Counted from the first letter of the stretch, positions 1 to 10,900 are shown. The stretch is 28,755 nucleotides of DNA from a virus (IMGVR_UViG_3300032328_000531:1-28755); one strand, 5' to 3'. Notes: generated by a model not told the origin, from the sequence alone. Made by a program: numbers and translations.

Positions 1-360
1 GCTGTGGTTATTCCCTACAACGTAAATTTTTTACCAACAACTACAGACAATTATCAAGTAGGTTTATTTAAAAATGGAACTCTTACAGGAGCTTCTTATT
101 CTGCCGTGACTTCTGATGCTAACGTTGAATTTGATATAGCTGCAACTGCTATAACAGGGGGTACTTTAGTATATGCTGAATTTTTAACATCTAGGTCTGG
201 AAGGTCTGCTTTATCGGGTGCTAACGCTTCTTTTAACTTTGATTTACAACTAGGGTCGTCTTTAGCTGGGACAAGCGATGTATACACCCTTGCAGTTAGA
301 ACTATTACTGGAACTGGCGGGGGTATTGGCGCCCTTTCTTTCTTTGATTTAACCCAATAA
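1..360 (+). CDS. 3' part of a probable virion structural protein (5' truncated by window edge)
   Basis: Frame is open from base 1 to TAA at 358-360. The sequence is beta-rich in T/G/S/A and lies at the head of the structural block. Confidence 0.65.
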   Translation, partial: AVVIPYNVNFLPTTTDNYQVGLFKNGTLTGASYSAVTSDANVEFDIAATAITGGTLVYAEFLTSRSGRSALSGANASFNFDLQLGSSLAGTSDVYTLAVRTITGTGGGIGALSFFDLTQ

Positions 361-362
361 CA

Positions 363-371
363 TGATAAAAT
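363..371 (+). promoter_or_regulatory. Putative extended -10 promoter (TGATAAAAT)
   Basis: TG-n-TAAAAT lies in the 39-nt gap before the ATG at 400, and an AAAGGA RBS follows at about 388-393. Confidence 0.45.
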
Positions 372-399
372 CGGACAAAAACCTAGTAAAGGATAGCGT

Positions 400-1497
400 A
401 TGAGCGGCGGCGGCGGTAATGGCGGTCTTTTTAGCGACCCACTACAAACAGCAGTAATTATTGGCGCTTCTATTGCAGCGCCTTACGCTGCGCCTGCGCT
501 TTTTGGTGCTGGTGCTGGACTCGGTACAATCGCTTTAACTGGCGCTGGTATTGGCGGTCTTGGATCTGCTTTGATAGGTCGCGACCCTATGATGGGCGCT
601 TTAGGTGGCGGTCTTGGTGGTTTAGGAGCCGGTGCGGCTGGTGTCGGTGCTAGCGCAGCGCCTAGTACTCTTGCGGCTAGTACTGCTGCACCATCTATTA
701 CTGGTGCAGGGGCAACTTTAGCCCCTACGGTTGTTCCGGGAGCTATTGGTAATACTGCGGCTGCTTCTGGATTTGCGGGAGCTGGTACGCTTGGCGGTGC
801 GGGTGCGTTTGGTACTGGCACAGCAGCGGGCACTGGAGTAGGTTTAGCCGCTCCTTCTACTTTTGGTGTAGCTCCTGTAGCTGCGTCAAATGTTGGTTTT
901 TTAGGGGCTTCAGGAGCTGGTGGTGCAGGCGCAGCTGGATCAGGCGGTATCTTAGGTAGTATGGGTGTAACCCCCAAAATGGCTGGATATGGTGCAGGTG
1001 CACTTGGTTTAATGTCTATGGCTGGTAAAGAACGTAAACAATACGGGCAGCCAACTACCGATGAAGTTGTATATAGAGGCGGTCCATTAAGTAAGTTTAC
1101 ATATGACCCCAACACTTACCAAGCAGATGTAGTAAAACCCCCTACTCCACCATATCAAGCAACGTATGCGGCTGGTGGCGGTTTAATGGGTTTACGTAGT
1201 TTTGCTAAAGGCGGTAGCGGGCATTTAGGCGGTTATTCTGATGGCGCTAGAGTTTTAAAAGGCCCTGGTGATGGCATGAGCGATTCAATCCCAGCCACTA
1301 TTGAAGGCAAACAACCCGCACGTTTAGCGGATTCTGAGTTTGTAGTACCAGCAGATGTAGTAAGTCATTTAGGTAATGGTTCTAGTGACGCCGGTGCTAA
1401 AAAGCTGTATACAATGATGGATAGAGTTAGAAAGGCGCGTACTGGCAAAGTTAAACAAGCTAGTCGCATAAACCCTAATAAATATCTACCCGCATGA
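400..1497 (+). CDS. Gly/Ala-rich virion (ejection-like) protein with C-terminal GPGDGxSDSIPA...EFVV domain
   Basis: Hydrophobic Gly-zipper N-half. The C-terminal GPGDGMSDSIPATIEGKQPARLADSEFVVPADVV resembles the motif seen in phage tape-measure/ejection proteins. RBS upstream, ATGA coupling downstream. Confidence 0.7.
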   Translation: MSGGGGNGGLFSDPLQTAVIIGASIAAPYAAPALFGAGAGLGTIALTGAGIGGLGSALIGRDPMMGALGGGLGGLGAGAAGVGASAAPSTLAASTAAPSITGAGATLAPTVVPGAIGNTAAASGFAGAGTLGGAGAFGTGTAAGTGVGLAAPSTFGVAPVAASNVGFLGASGAGGAGAAGSGGILGSMGVTPKMAGYGAGALGLMSMAGKERKQYGQPTTDEVVYRGGPLSKFTYDPNTYQADVVKPPTPPYQATYAAGGGLMGLRSFAKGGSGHLGGYSDGARVLKGPGDGMSDSIPATIEGKQPARLADSEFVVPADVVSHLGNGSSDAGAKKLYTMMDRVRKARTGKVKQASRINPNKYLPA

Positions 1498-1907
1498 CAT
1501 TAAAAATAACGGATATTAACCCTAATTATGTATCGCAAGTTTGGCCTCTGGTTGAAGGATTTATTGATTCCGCACAACAATACTGCGGTGACGATTACAC
1601 GTTGGATCAGATTAAAGTCTATGTAACTTCGGGGCAGTGGGTTTTATTAGCAGCAGTAGATGAAGAAGGAAAGTTTCACGGCGCAGCAACAGTTAGTTTT
1701 ATTAATTACCCAAATGCACGAGTAGCGTTTGTAACATTTATAGGGGGCAAATTGATTTCAAGTAAAGAAACATTTGGACAATTTAAAGCCATTTTAAAAG
1801 TGTACGGCGCTACTAAAATACAAGGTGCGGCAAGGGAGTCAATTGCCCGTTTGTGGAGTCGATATGGGTTTGAAGAGCGGTACAGAATTGTAGAGACGAA
1901 TATATGA
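1494..1907 (+). CDS. GNAT-fold (acyltransferase-like) protein, positional analogue of P22 gp14 / T7 gp13
   Basis: 137 aa with an alpha/beta pattern ending in ARLWSRYGFE (GNAT motif B-like YxxxGF). Coupled by ATGA overlaps on both sides and lies directly before the ejection genes. Confidence 0.6.
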   Translation: MTLKITDINPNYVSQVWPLVEGFIDSAQQYCGDDYTLDQIKVYVTSGQWVLLAAVDEEGKFHGAATVSFINYPNARVAFVTFIGGKLISSKETFGQFKAILKVYGATKIQGAARESIARLWSRYGFEERYRIVETNI

Positions 1908-2932
1908 AAACAACTTATTCTAGACGCGAGTTATACGCCGCTGGAGAATTTTTAGGCGATTCTGCTACACGCAGAAAAGCTAACGGTGGATACATTCTTG
2001 GTGGTGGCGGTGGTGGATCGCCTCCTCCCCCTCCTGCGCAGCCTACGCAAACCACAGTACAAAACACAAACATCCCTGAATACGCACGTCCCTATGTTGA
2101 GACAATGCTTGGGGCAACCCAGCAACAACTGTTTAATACTGCACCAGGACCAGATGGCACAACTCAAATTACTGGCATTAAACCGTATGAGCCTTACAGT
2201 ACAAAAGCAGCTGATTACATAGCAGGTTTTAGCCCGCTACAAACTCAGGCACAACAAGGAGCAGGTAATTTAGCAGTACCCGGCGCAATGGCTGCCGCAG
2301 GTATGGGTTCGTTAGGGGCTGGTGCAAATTACCAAACTATGGCAACCGACCCAAGAGCTACTGCTGCGTACATGTCTCCATACATGCAAAATGCAGTAGA
2401 TGTTCAAAAAACAGAAGCTTTACGTGACGCACAAATGCGTAATGTTGGGGCAAATCTTGGATCCGCTCGTCAAGGAACCTATGGCGGTGCTAGACAAGTA
2501 CTAGCCGAACAAGAGCGCAATCGTAATCTTCAATCACAGTTAGCTAACATTCAGGCTACTGGCACACAAAACGCATTCCAAGCGGCTCAACAAGCACAAC
2601 AATATGGGGCTGGATTAGGTTTACAAGGTTACGGACAAGCCGCCAATATAGCGGGACAACAGCTTCAAGCTGAACAAGGTATTTTAGGTTTACAGAGTCA
2701 GTTCGGAGCACAACAACAGCAGCAACAGCAAAACATTATTAATCAAGCTATTCAAAATTATGCTGTAGCGCAGCAATATCCACAGCAACAACTCGCATTT
2801 ATGAATGCTCAATTACGTGGATTGCCACTTCAATCTACTTCGGTTCAACAATACCAAGCGCCACCTAGTCAGTTATCTCAAGTTACAGGCTTGGGTCTTG
2901 CCGGTCTTGGTGCATATAAAGCTTTCAGCTAG
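1904..2932 (+). CDS. Putative DNA pilot/ejection protein (P22 gp7-like role)
   Basis: Q/A/G-rich helical protein. It has an N-terminal leader followed by GGGGGGSPPPPP and TTVQNTNIPEYARPY, and a C-terminal GLGLAGLGAY hydrophobic tail. Position after the GNAT gene fits. Confidence 0.7.
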   Translation: MKTTYSRRELYAAGEFLGDSATRRKANGGYILGGGGGGSPPPPPAQPTQTTVQNTNIPEYARPYVETMLGATQQQLFNTAPGPDGTTQITGIKPYEPYSTKAADYIAGFSPLQTQAQQGAGNLAVPGAMAAAGMGSLGAGANYQTMATDPRATAAYMSPYMQNAVDVQKTEALRDAQMRNVGANLGSARQGTYGGARQVLAEQERNRNLQSQLANIQATGTQNAFQAAQQAQQYGAGLGLQGYGQAANIAGQQLQAEQGILGLQSQFGAQQQQQQQNIINQAIQNYAVAQQYPQQQLAFMNAQLRGLPLQSTSVQQYQAPPSQLSQVTGLGLAGLGAYKAFS

Positions 2933-2940
2933 GAGAATAA

Positions 2941-4875
2941 ATGAATACCCCAAGCATGGAGCAACTCTATAAAGATGCGCTTAACCCCCAGCTATATCCT
3001 AACGACAGACTTTTAGCAGTAATGCAGGGTCGAGATAGCTCGATTCCTATGGCAGTAGCTATGGCTGCAAAGCAGCAGCGTGATAAATTAATGGTTGCTA
3101 GCCAAGGCGCAGAAGCGCAACAGCAAATGCAACAGCCTACTGTACGAGACCAAATGGTTGCGCAAGCTGCCCCACCTCCAATGGAAGAATCAGGTGTAGC
3201 CGCATTGCCGGTAGAAAATATGCAGACTCTAGCTGAAGGCGGTATTGCTAGTGTCGATCATTTTGATGTTAGTGATGATGAAATGCAAAACTATGCTGGC
3301 GGGGGTATGGTTGCGTTTAATATTGGTGGTTTGTCTAGTTATAACACTGATGAAGATAGCAACACCGACGAAGATGACGATGACGATGACAAAATGTTTA
3401 GTCAGATTATTAAGACTGGCGGGTTAGGTGGTTTTGCTGCCGGCGCAGATATGTTGCGTCAGAAAATTGGTGCAATGGTGCCTAAGTCTTATGAAACTGC
3501 TTTAGCAGAAGCTAAGCAAAGTAAAAGCGCACCCCCAGCCCCAGCTACAGGTGGAGCTTATAGAGATATTGCTTTAAGAGCAGCCCAAGAAAAGGGCGCT
3601 ACTCCGTGGCTAGTTGAGCATGTGATGAAGAAAGAAACTGGCGGACATAAAGATCCTGCTCGTGCAGTCTCGCCCAAAGGCGCTACAGGTGTTATGCAAT
3701 TAATGCCCGGCACTGCAAGAGAAATGGGTGTTAGCGATATTACAGATCCACAACAGAATATTTACGGCGGTGTTGGGTATTTGGCTAGACTTGAGAAGAA
3801 GTATGGCGATCCTAAACTAGCTGCAATTGCATACAACTGGGGTCCGGGCAATACCGACAAGTGGCTCAAGCGTGGTGCTGACTATAGCAAGTTGCCAAAA
3901 GAAACTCGTAACTACGTTAAAAACTTAGCCGAAGGCGGCATTATTAATTTTGTTAATAGAGGAAGCGTTCCTGCTCCTATGGACGATGAAGGGTACTATT
4001 ACCCTCCAACAGAAACACCTGAATCCGAGTTTGGACGAGATTGGCAGTTAGCGCAAACACGTCGTAGAAACAAACTAATTGAAATACAAAAACGTATTGC
4101 GGAACCGATAAAGAAAGTTACGCAGTACTTTGGCAAGTCTACGCCTGAAGAATATGATCTTTTATCACAGCAACCTAATGTAGGTAAACCAGCTACAACA
4201 GCAGCTGCTCCGGCTGCGGCTGCTCCAGCACCTTTGGCATTTGACCCCAACTACAATTTACAAAAAGATCCTAACTATACCGCCGCCGGTGATTATAGAT
4301 CGGCTATTGATAAGTATTTTAGTCCGGCATCAGCGGCTAACCCAGCGCAAGATCGCTTAAATGACTACTTCCTTAACTTAGCTAAGCAACAAAAAGAAGC
4401 GCAAGGACTTGGTTTGTTGGGTACTGGATTACGTATTGCTGGTGGAACTTCTCCATACGGTATGGCAAACATTGGTCAAGGTGGCGCCGCAGGTATTCAA
4501 GATTATCTAGCTTCACGCAGAGGTTTAGGTACTTTAGAAGCCCAAGGAATGAGTGCGCAGGCTGCATTAGATAGAAACCGTATGTTGTCTGAAGCTTATG
4601 GGCGTGAGCCAGACCAAGTTAGAGCGCTTAGAGCAATTAGTGCCGACCCTAAATTAAGAGAAATGTACCTTAAATCTGAAGCAAAAGACAAGATTTCACG
4701 TACTGACGCCGTTAAAGAGTTTAACGATATTGTTGAGAAAAACCCAACATATAGAAGGCAATTAGACGCATTAGGCATTAAAGACCCAAATGCGTACTAT
4801 CAATACCTATTAACCGGTATTCCACCTTTAGCAGTTTCTAGTACAATACCCCAAGGCGCAAAAACAAGACAGTAG
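2941..4875 (+). CDS. Internal virion/ejection protein with soluble lytic transglycosylase (SLT) domain
   Basis: SLT motifs KKETGG (catalytic Glu), GATGVMQLMPGTA and AYNWGPGN at about 3600-3920. AGGAGA RBS at 2931-2936. Confidence 0.88.
   Translation: MNTPSMEQLYKDALNPQLYPNDRLLAVMQGRDSSIPMAVAMAAKQQRDKLMVASQGAEAQQQMQQPTVRDQMVAQAAPPPMEESGVAALPVENMQTLAEGGIASVDHFDVSDDEMQNYAGGGMVAFNIGGLSSYNTDEDSNTDEDDDDDDKMFSQIIKTGGLGGFAAGADMLRQKIGAMVPKSYETALAEAKQSKSAPPAPATGGAYRDIALRAAQEKGATPWLVEHVMKKETGGHKDPARAVSPKGATGVMQLMPGTAREMGVSDITDPQQNIYGGVGYLARLEKKYGDPKLAAIAYNWGPGNTDKWLKRGADYSKLPKETRNYVKNLAEGGIINFVNRGSVPAPMDDEGYYYPPTETPESEFGRDWQLAQTRRRNKLIEIQKRIAEPIKKVTQYFGKSTPEEYDLLSQQPNVGKPATTAAAPAAAAPAPLAFDPNYNLQKDPNYTAAGDYRSAIDKYFSPASAANPAQDRLNDYFLNLAKQQKEAQGLGLLGTGLRIAGGTSPYGMANIGQGGAAGIQDYLASRRGLGTLEAQGMSAQAALDRNRMLSEAYGREPDQVRALRAISADPKLREMYLKSEAKDKISRTDAVKEFNDIVEKNPTYRRQLDALGIKDPNAYYQYLLTGIPPLAVSSTIPQGAKTRQ
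3343..3378 (+). repeat. Imperfect 18-bp tandem duplication encoding NTDEDS/NTDEDD, leading into a poly-Asp tract
   Basis: aacactgatgaagatagc followed by aacaccgacgaagatgac. Confidence 0.6.
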
Positions 4876-4909
4876 CAACGCCAGCTACCCACAATTTGAT
4901 TAGAGTGAT

Positions 4910-7900
4910 ATGGCTTATTTACGCTTACCTGACGATTCCTATTTTCAAATACCTGAAGGGTCTTCGCCAGAACAGGCATATAAGCTAGCTTTAGATAAGT
5001 ATCCTGACGCATTTAAACCAAAAGCGCCAAAAGATACAGGGTTTACTGGTGCTGCTAAATCAAGTTTTGAACAACTTAAAGCAGACTTTGAGCGTCTTAA
5101 GGGTAAAACCGGCGTAAAAGATGTTGAAGAAGCCGAAAAAGCAGCCCAACAATACGAAGAAAAATCTAAAGACATATACCAACCAACTGAAAAAGGTTGG
5201 GGGGAAGCCCCGCTTTTAAAATTTAGAGAACTACTAGGCGGAAGCGTGCCTTATATGGCGGCTCCTATCGCCGTTGGTGGTGCGGCAGCACTTGGCGGTG
5301 CCCCTGTTGCGGTTGGTACGGGTTTAGCTGGACTGGCTTCATTAGGTCAATTTACAGGCTCAAATATTAGCCGTCAAGTTGGTACAGGCAAACAACTTAA
5401 AGATACTGATTTGCTTGCGGCTGGTGCAGCTGCGGTTCCACAAGCCGCTTTAGATATTATTTCGCTTCGCATGGTTCCCGGTATTGGCAAAATTTTTGGT
5501 GCCGCCGGTAAAGAAATTACGCCTGAAATGGCTAAGAAGGTTGCTGAACAAGGTATATTAAAAACCACAGGCGCCTACGCAATACAAAGCGGTAAAGTCG
5601 CAGGTATAGAAGGCACTACCGAAGCTGCACAACAACTTTTAGAACGTCTCCAAGCTGGACTAAATATCACCGATCCACAGGCTAGAGATGAGTATTTTGA
5701 TAGTTTTATTGGCGGCGTAGCATTAGGCGGCACATTAGCCATCCCCGGTACTGCAATTAGAAGAAGCCAGATTAAAGCAAAAGGGCAAGAGTTCAAACGT
5801 ATTGAACAAGAAAAGCTAGCCGCAGAACAAGCGGCTGCCGAAGCAGAACAAAAGCGTCTAGCGGAAGAAGAAGCCTTTAGAAAAACACAGGCGGAAACAG
5901 GACAATTATTTGGAGAGATGCCGCCAGAAGCTAGTGCTTTACCCGGCGCGCCAAGTACATTAACTGTAGCAGAACGCGAAGCTGCCGCAGCTACGCAACA
6001 ACAAGACCAATTAAGTAAACGTGCGCAGTTACTAAAGCAAGCAGACACATTTGATGTACAGCGAGCCGCAATTGAGAAACAGCGAGATGCCGCTGCGGAA
6101 GCTGGCAACTACAAGAAGTTTAGAGAATTAGATACTCAAGCTAAAGCATTAGACCAATCGCTTACTGAAATACAGACGCAGTTAAAAGAATTGCCGCAAG
6201 AACTAACTCCTGAAATGGAGATGGCAAAACTACGTGGTGAGCAAAAGAAACTAATTAAACAGTTACAAGGATTAACTGGTCCGTCTTATGATGCCAAAAA
6301 GGCAGATGCAATTACTGCTAGGTTAGATGAACTTGAAGCTCAGATTAGTGAAGTATCCCCTGCTGCGTCACAGATGGATTTGTTTGATGAAGCGCAGATT
6401 GGCGCTGAGCAACGTGCTGCGGTGCAACAACAGAAAGAACAACGTGCCCAAGAGCAAGAAGATTTTTTTGCTCAAACTAAGGGACGTGAAGTACTTGACG
6501 AAGATTTAATGAAGCAGTACCAAGAAGGTCTGCAAGATTTAGAAGATGCCTACGCTGCCGGTGCTAGTGAACGCATCATTAATCAAATTATTGAAAAAAT
6601 TAACGGTTTAAAACTAAGTGCAGAACAGTCTGAAGAAAAAGTTGCAAAAACAGAACGTTTAAAACGGGCTATTGAAGAACAAAAAATTCTTTATAACGAA
6701 TCCAAAACAGATGAAGAGAAAGCTACGGCGCTTGCAAATATTGGCGCATTAGAAAAACGGTTAGCAACCGCAACAGTAGAAACATCTGAAACTCCAGAAA
6801 CAGTAAAAGCTAGAGCAACTACGCAACAACGCACTGCCCATGATAGTCTTTTTGATATTGTAGATGCGGCACGAAATAATGAAGAAATAAGCCCTAATGC
6901 AGCTAATATTATTACAAGTAGTTATGCAAGCGGGGTTGTTGATGAGCTTAATGCAGTAAGACAAACGGCTAATCAAGAACAACTTACAGATTCTGAAGCG
7001 CTGCAAGTAGGAATTCAGCTTAAAAAAATTATAGATAGGGCGATAGCTAACAAAGATCCGTCTATTCTGTTTAAAGAAAATGAAGCTACGCCTACTATTT
7101 TTGAAAATCGTGTTTCCGCCATTAAGGATAAATACCTTCAAGGCAAACAACTAAAAACACAAGTAACTAAACCTTTCTTTGATGCTAAGCAACGTGATAC
7201 TGCGCAAATGTTACGTGATGCTTTGGGCGGTAAAGAGCGTGATGCGGTAGATGCTGCCCAGAAAAAAGTAGATGCAGCTCAAGCTAAAGTAAACGACGTA
7301 AAAGAACAGGCTAAAAAACGTAAAGAAAAAGGTCTTGTTTTAGCCCCGTATTATTTAAATGAAGCAAACGCTAATTTAAGAGACGCTAAAAAAGAATTAA
7401 AAGATGCTAAGGATGCGCTTGCCGCATTTGAGCCAGACCAAAAACGTATTGCTGAACTTAAAAACGCTGTAGGCGCAGATAAAGTTAAAGATATAGAAAC
7501 TGAGCTTAAGAAAGCTAAACAAGAAGAAATTGATATGGAGCGTTATGCTCCGTCAGGAATTAGCCCTGACCAAAAACAATTGTTTGGAGAAAAAGAATTA
7601 GAACCGGTGGCTACGGTACGGGCTACGCCAGCAAACTTTATGAAGTTTGTAAACATCCAAAAACAAAAATTTGAAACAGCTAAAAAAATAGCAGAAGATG
7701 CTATTAAAAAACCAATGCAAAAAGTAAAAATTTTGTTTGGTGAAAAGTATGCCGCTGAATTTAAAGAATTAGAAAATGTTCGTCTTCAAATTGAAAACGA
7801 AAATAAAAAACTTGCACCTGAACTTTATACTCCAAGTGAAGCAGATACTAAACGTTATTCTAAAGCGTTTATTACTGCACGTATCGAAAAAGCAAAAAAT

Positions 7901-10900
7901 ATTCGTGAAAAACATTTTGCAAATATAAAAAATTTAGAAGACAGACAGAAAGAAATATTAGAAAAACTTCGGGGTACCGAAATTACTGAGCCTGTTGAAA
8001 CGCTTGCTTCTAAAGTTGCAGCGCAAAGACAATTTGTATTTGAAGTTATAAAAGCTGACGAACTTGCAGGCAATTTAAGAGAAAATGCTACTCAACTTTG
8101 GCAAGCACGAGGAAAAATTGTAAAAGCTATAAAAGAAGCAAAAGCAGATAAACTACCTAAAAAAGTAGCGCAATACACAGAAGCATTAAAAAAACTTGAT
8201 GCGCAAGCTCCTCAAATTAAAGAAGCTATTGATTCTTTACACGCAAGAGCAAACGAACTGTTAAATGCTAATTTAAAAGCAGAAAAAGCAATACTAAAAG
8301 GGCTTGAGAAAAAACTTGCAGATTCTCAAAAAGGAACGCCTGCATCTATAAAATATAAGCAAGAAGCAGAAAAAGCAAGAGCAGACATAGCAAAACTAGA
8401 AGGCAACCAAGAGAAAAACTTAGAGCGTCAAGCTAAACAAAAGCGTGAGTTAGAAGAAAAACAAGCTGCTGCGTTAAAAGCATTGCCAACCACACGCCAA
8501 GAAATTGTTGAAACTACCGCGGTGTTACCGGGTGGAAAAGAAGCAATTAAACAAAAACGTATTATTAAACGTGAAGCGCCAAAAACTGCCGAAGAAAAAA
8601 ACCTTGAAGTAGTGGCTAAAGCTAAAGAAGGTGCCGCAGAACGTGTTGCGGATAAAAAAGCTATTGTCGAACGTTTAGAAAAAGGGTTAAGTGGTGATTT
8701 AGCTACTGCCAAATCAAACATCACTTTCTTTGAAAAACGTTTACAAACCATTGAAGCACAAAGTACAAAAGACCAAAAAACTCTTGCAACATTAAATACG
8801 GCTTTAAATAATGCCAAAACAGAAACTGGCAAACAACATTGGCAAGAGCAAATAAATGCTGTAAATAAAAGTGTTGAAGCTAAACAACTTGGCAAAACCA
8901 TAGATTCTTTAAAAAGCGCAATTAAAACTTTAAAAGAAAAAGGCGTTTCTATTGAACGCGGTATGACTACTATTGCAGCGCAACCGCCTAGAGCAGAACG
9001 TAAAAAACCCTTAAAGGTAAAAAAAGTTAATGTAACTAAACAAGGTGAAGAAGCTGTTTTATATGTTAAAAAACAAACAATAGACTATGAACAAGAAGCG
9101 CGTGATGCTGGCGTAAGTTTTGATGACTATCAATTTGTTCAACAGGGTTTAGCGTTTGGCTTTAAGCCAAGAGCGGATGGAGAAGTTGGCGCTGGAGTTA
9201 CTCGGGCTGATGTGGATAAAGTATTAAAAGACACAAACATTCCAAAAGGTTTAGACGTCATTGTTTTAGATACATTACCTGACACACTAAAAAACCTTAT
9301 AGAAGCACAGGGCGTAAAATCTAATTTAACTAAAGCCGGCGTAATGGCTAACGGAAAAGTCTTTATTGTTGTTGATAGGCATAAAGATATTAAAGACGTT
9401 AAGAAGAGCGTAGCCCATGAATTAATTGGGCATATTGGCGTTGAAGGGCTGCTGGGCGAAAAAGGCATGGCGGATTTGGTTAAGAAAGTATCCGACCAAA
9501 AAGGTGGGGTATGGGATTTAGCCAAGAAGTTAGGCGTATTAGAAGATGCAGAAGCCGCTTTCTTAGCGGCTGCAAAGGCAGGAAAAAATAGAGAAGAGTC
9601 TTTAGCGGCGGCGGTCAAAGAAATGATTGCGCATACTGAAGAGGCTCGCTTTGATAAAAACCTACTACAAACAGCCAAAGCGTTTATTGAGGCTTTAGTA
9701 GGTTTAGTTCGTTCTGCTTTAAGAAAAGTGAAGCTAGATCTAGATATATCTACAGGCGATATATACAAGTTATTGAAAGATGCTCGTAGAGACTTTAATG
9801 CCGTTGCCCCCGGCGCTTATGTAAACAAAGACGGCGACATTCTATTTCGTAATAAAGCAGACTTTAATGATAAGTTTGAGGGGTTATCAGGCGATATTGA
9901 TAAGATTGTTGCTAAGCAAAAGGATTGGTCAGACACAGTAAAAGCTGCATCTAATGGTCTGTTGTTCCGTACTAAGTATATTGACCGGTTTGCGCCACTT
10001 GAAGCCATTGCTACAAAAATTAAAGACTCCTTACAGGCTACGCAGTTGATGTATTTCTTGCGTATGCACGACCAACGTTTGAATTGGACAGCTGAAATTG
10101 CTTCTAACGGTCCGCTTAATATTGTGGACAAGAAGCGTGCTGACGGCAGAGTAGAAAAAATTATTGAAAGTAAAGAGGGTGTTAGCCTCAAGAAGATTGC
10201 GGAAGTATTGGGTAATGCCGATGTAGGCAACCCTGAAGCTACTAACAGATTGTTTACTTTCTATTTAGCCGCTATGCGTGCTAAGCGTGTTGGTCTAGAA
10301 AAACTTAACTTTGGTAAAGACGTTACGCCTGAGTTGTTAGCTAAAGTTATGAAACAAGTTGACGCTAGTCCTGCCACTAAGAACGCTTTTGAACAGGCTA
10401 GAGAGTTATACAACGACTATAACGATGGCTTAATTAACTTTGCCGTTAAGACTGGCGCCATATCTAAAGACCTTGGACAGCAGTTATTAAAGACTCGAGA
10501 CTACGTGCCGTTCTATCGTGCTGACCCGAATGGCGATATTAACTTAGAGATTGGCGGTGCGCCGGTTATTAGAATTGGTAGTTTGAAAGATCAGCCCTAT
10601 CTACATGAGTTAGTTGGCGGCGATACGGCTATTATGGACTTCTTTACTAGTGCGTTACAGAACACCAATCTGTTAACGGACATGGCTTTGCGCAACCTAG
10701 CAACTCGCAACGTGGCGTTTAGCTTAAATGAATTAGGTTTACTAAAACCAATATCTGACAAAATTAAAACAGGTATCCGTAAAGGGCAAGGCGCTGCTAC
10801 ACCGCAGACTATTCGCTTTAAGATTGATGGGGAAGACCACAACGCCATAGTAGATACCGATACCGCAGGTGTGCCAGCTGAGTTGTTGGTTAAGGGTATG

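Noticed and set aside
430-1020. Repetitive ggtgct/ggcggt DNA resembling a tandem repeat or collagen-like region
   Set aside because: It is explained by low-complexity Gly/Ala coding. There is no fixed period and no Gly-X-Y register.
483-1115. 210-aa Pro/Ala-rich ORF on the - strand
   Set aside because: It is the antisense mirror of the Gly/Ala codons (ggt/gct) of ORF 400-1497 and has no RBS or operon context.
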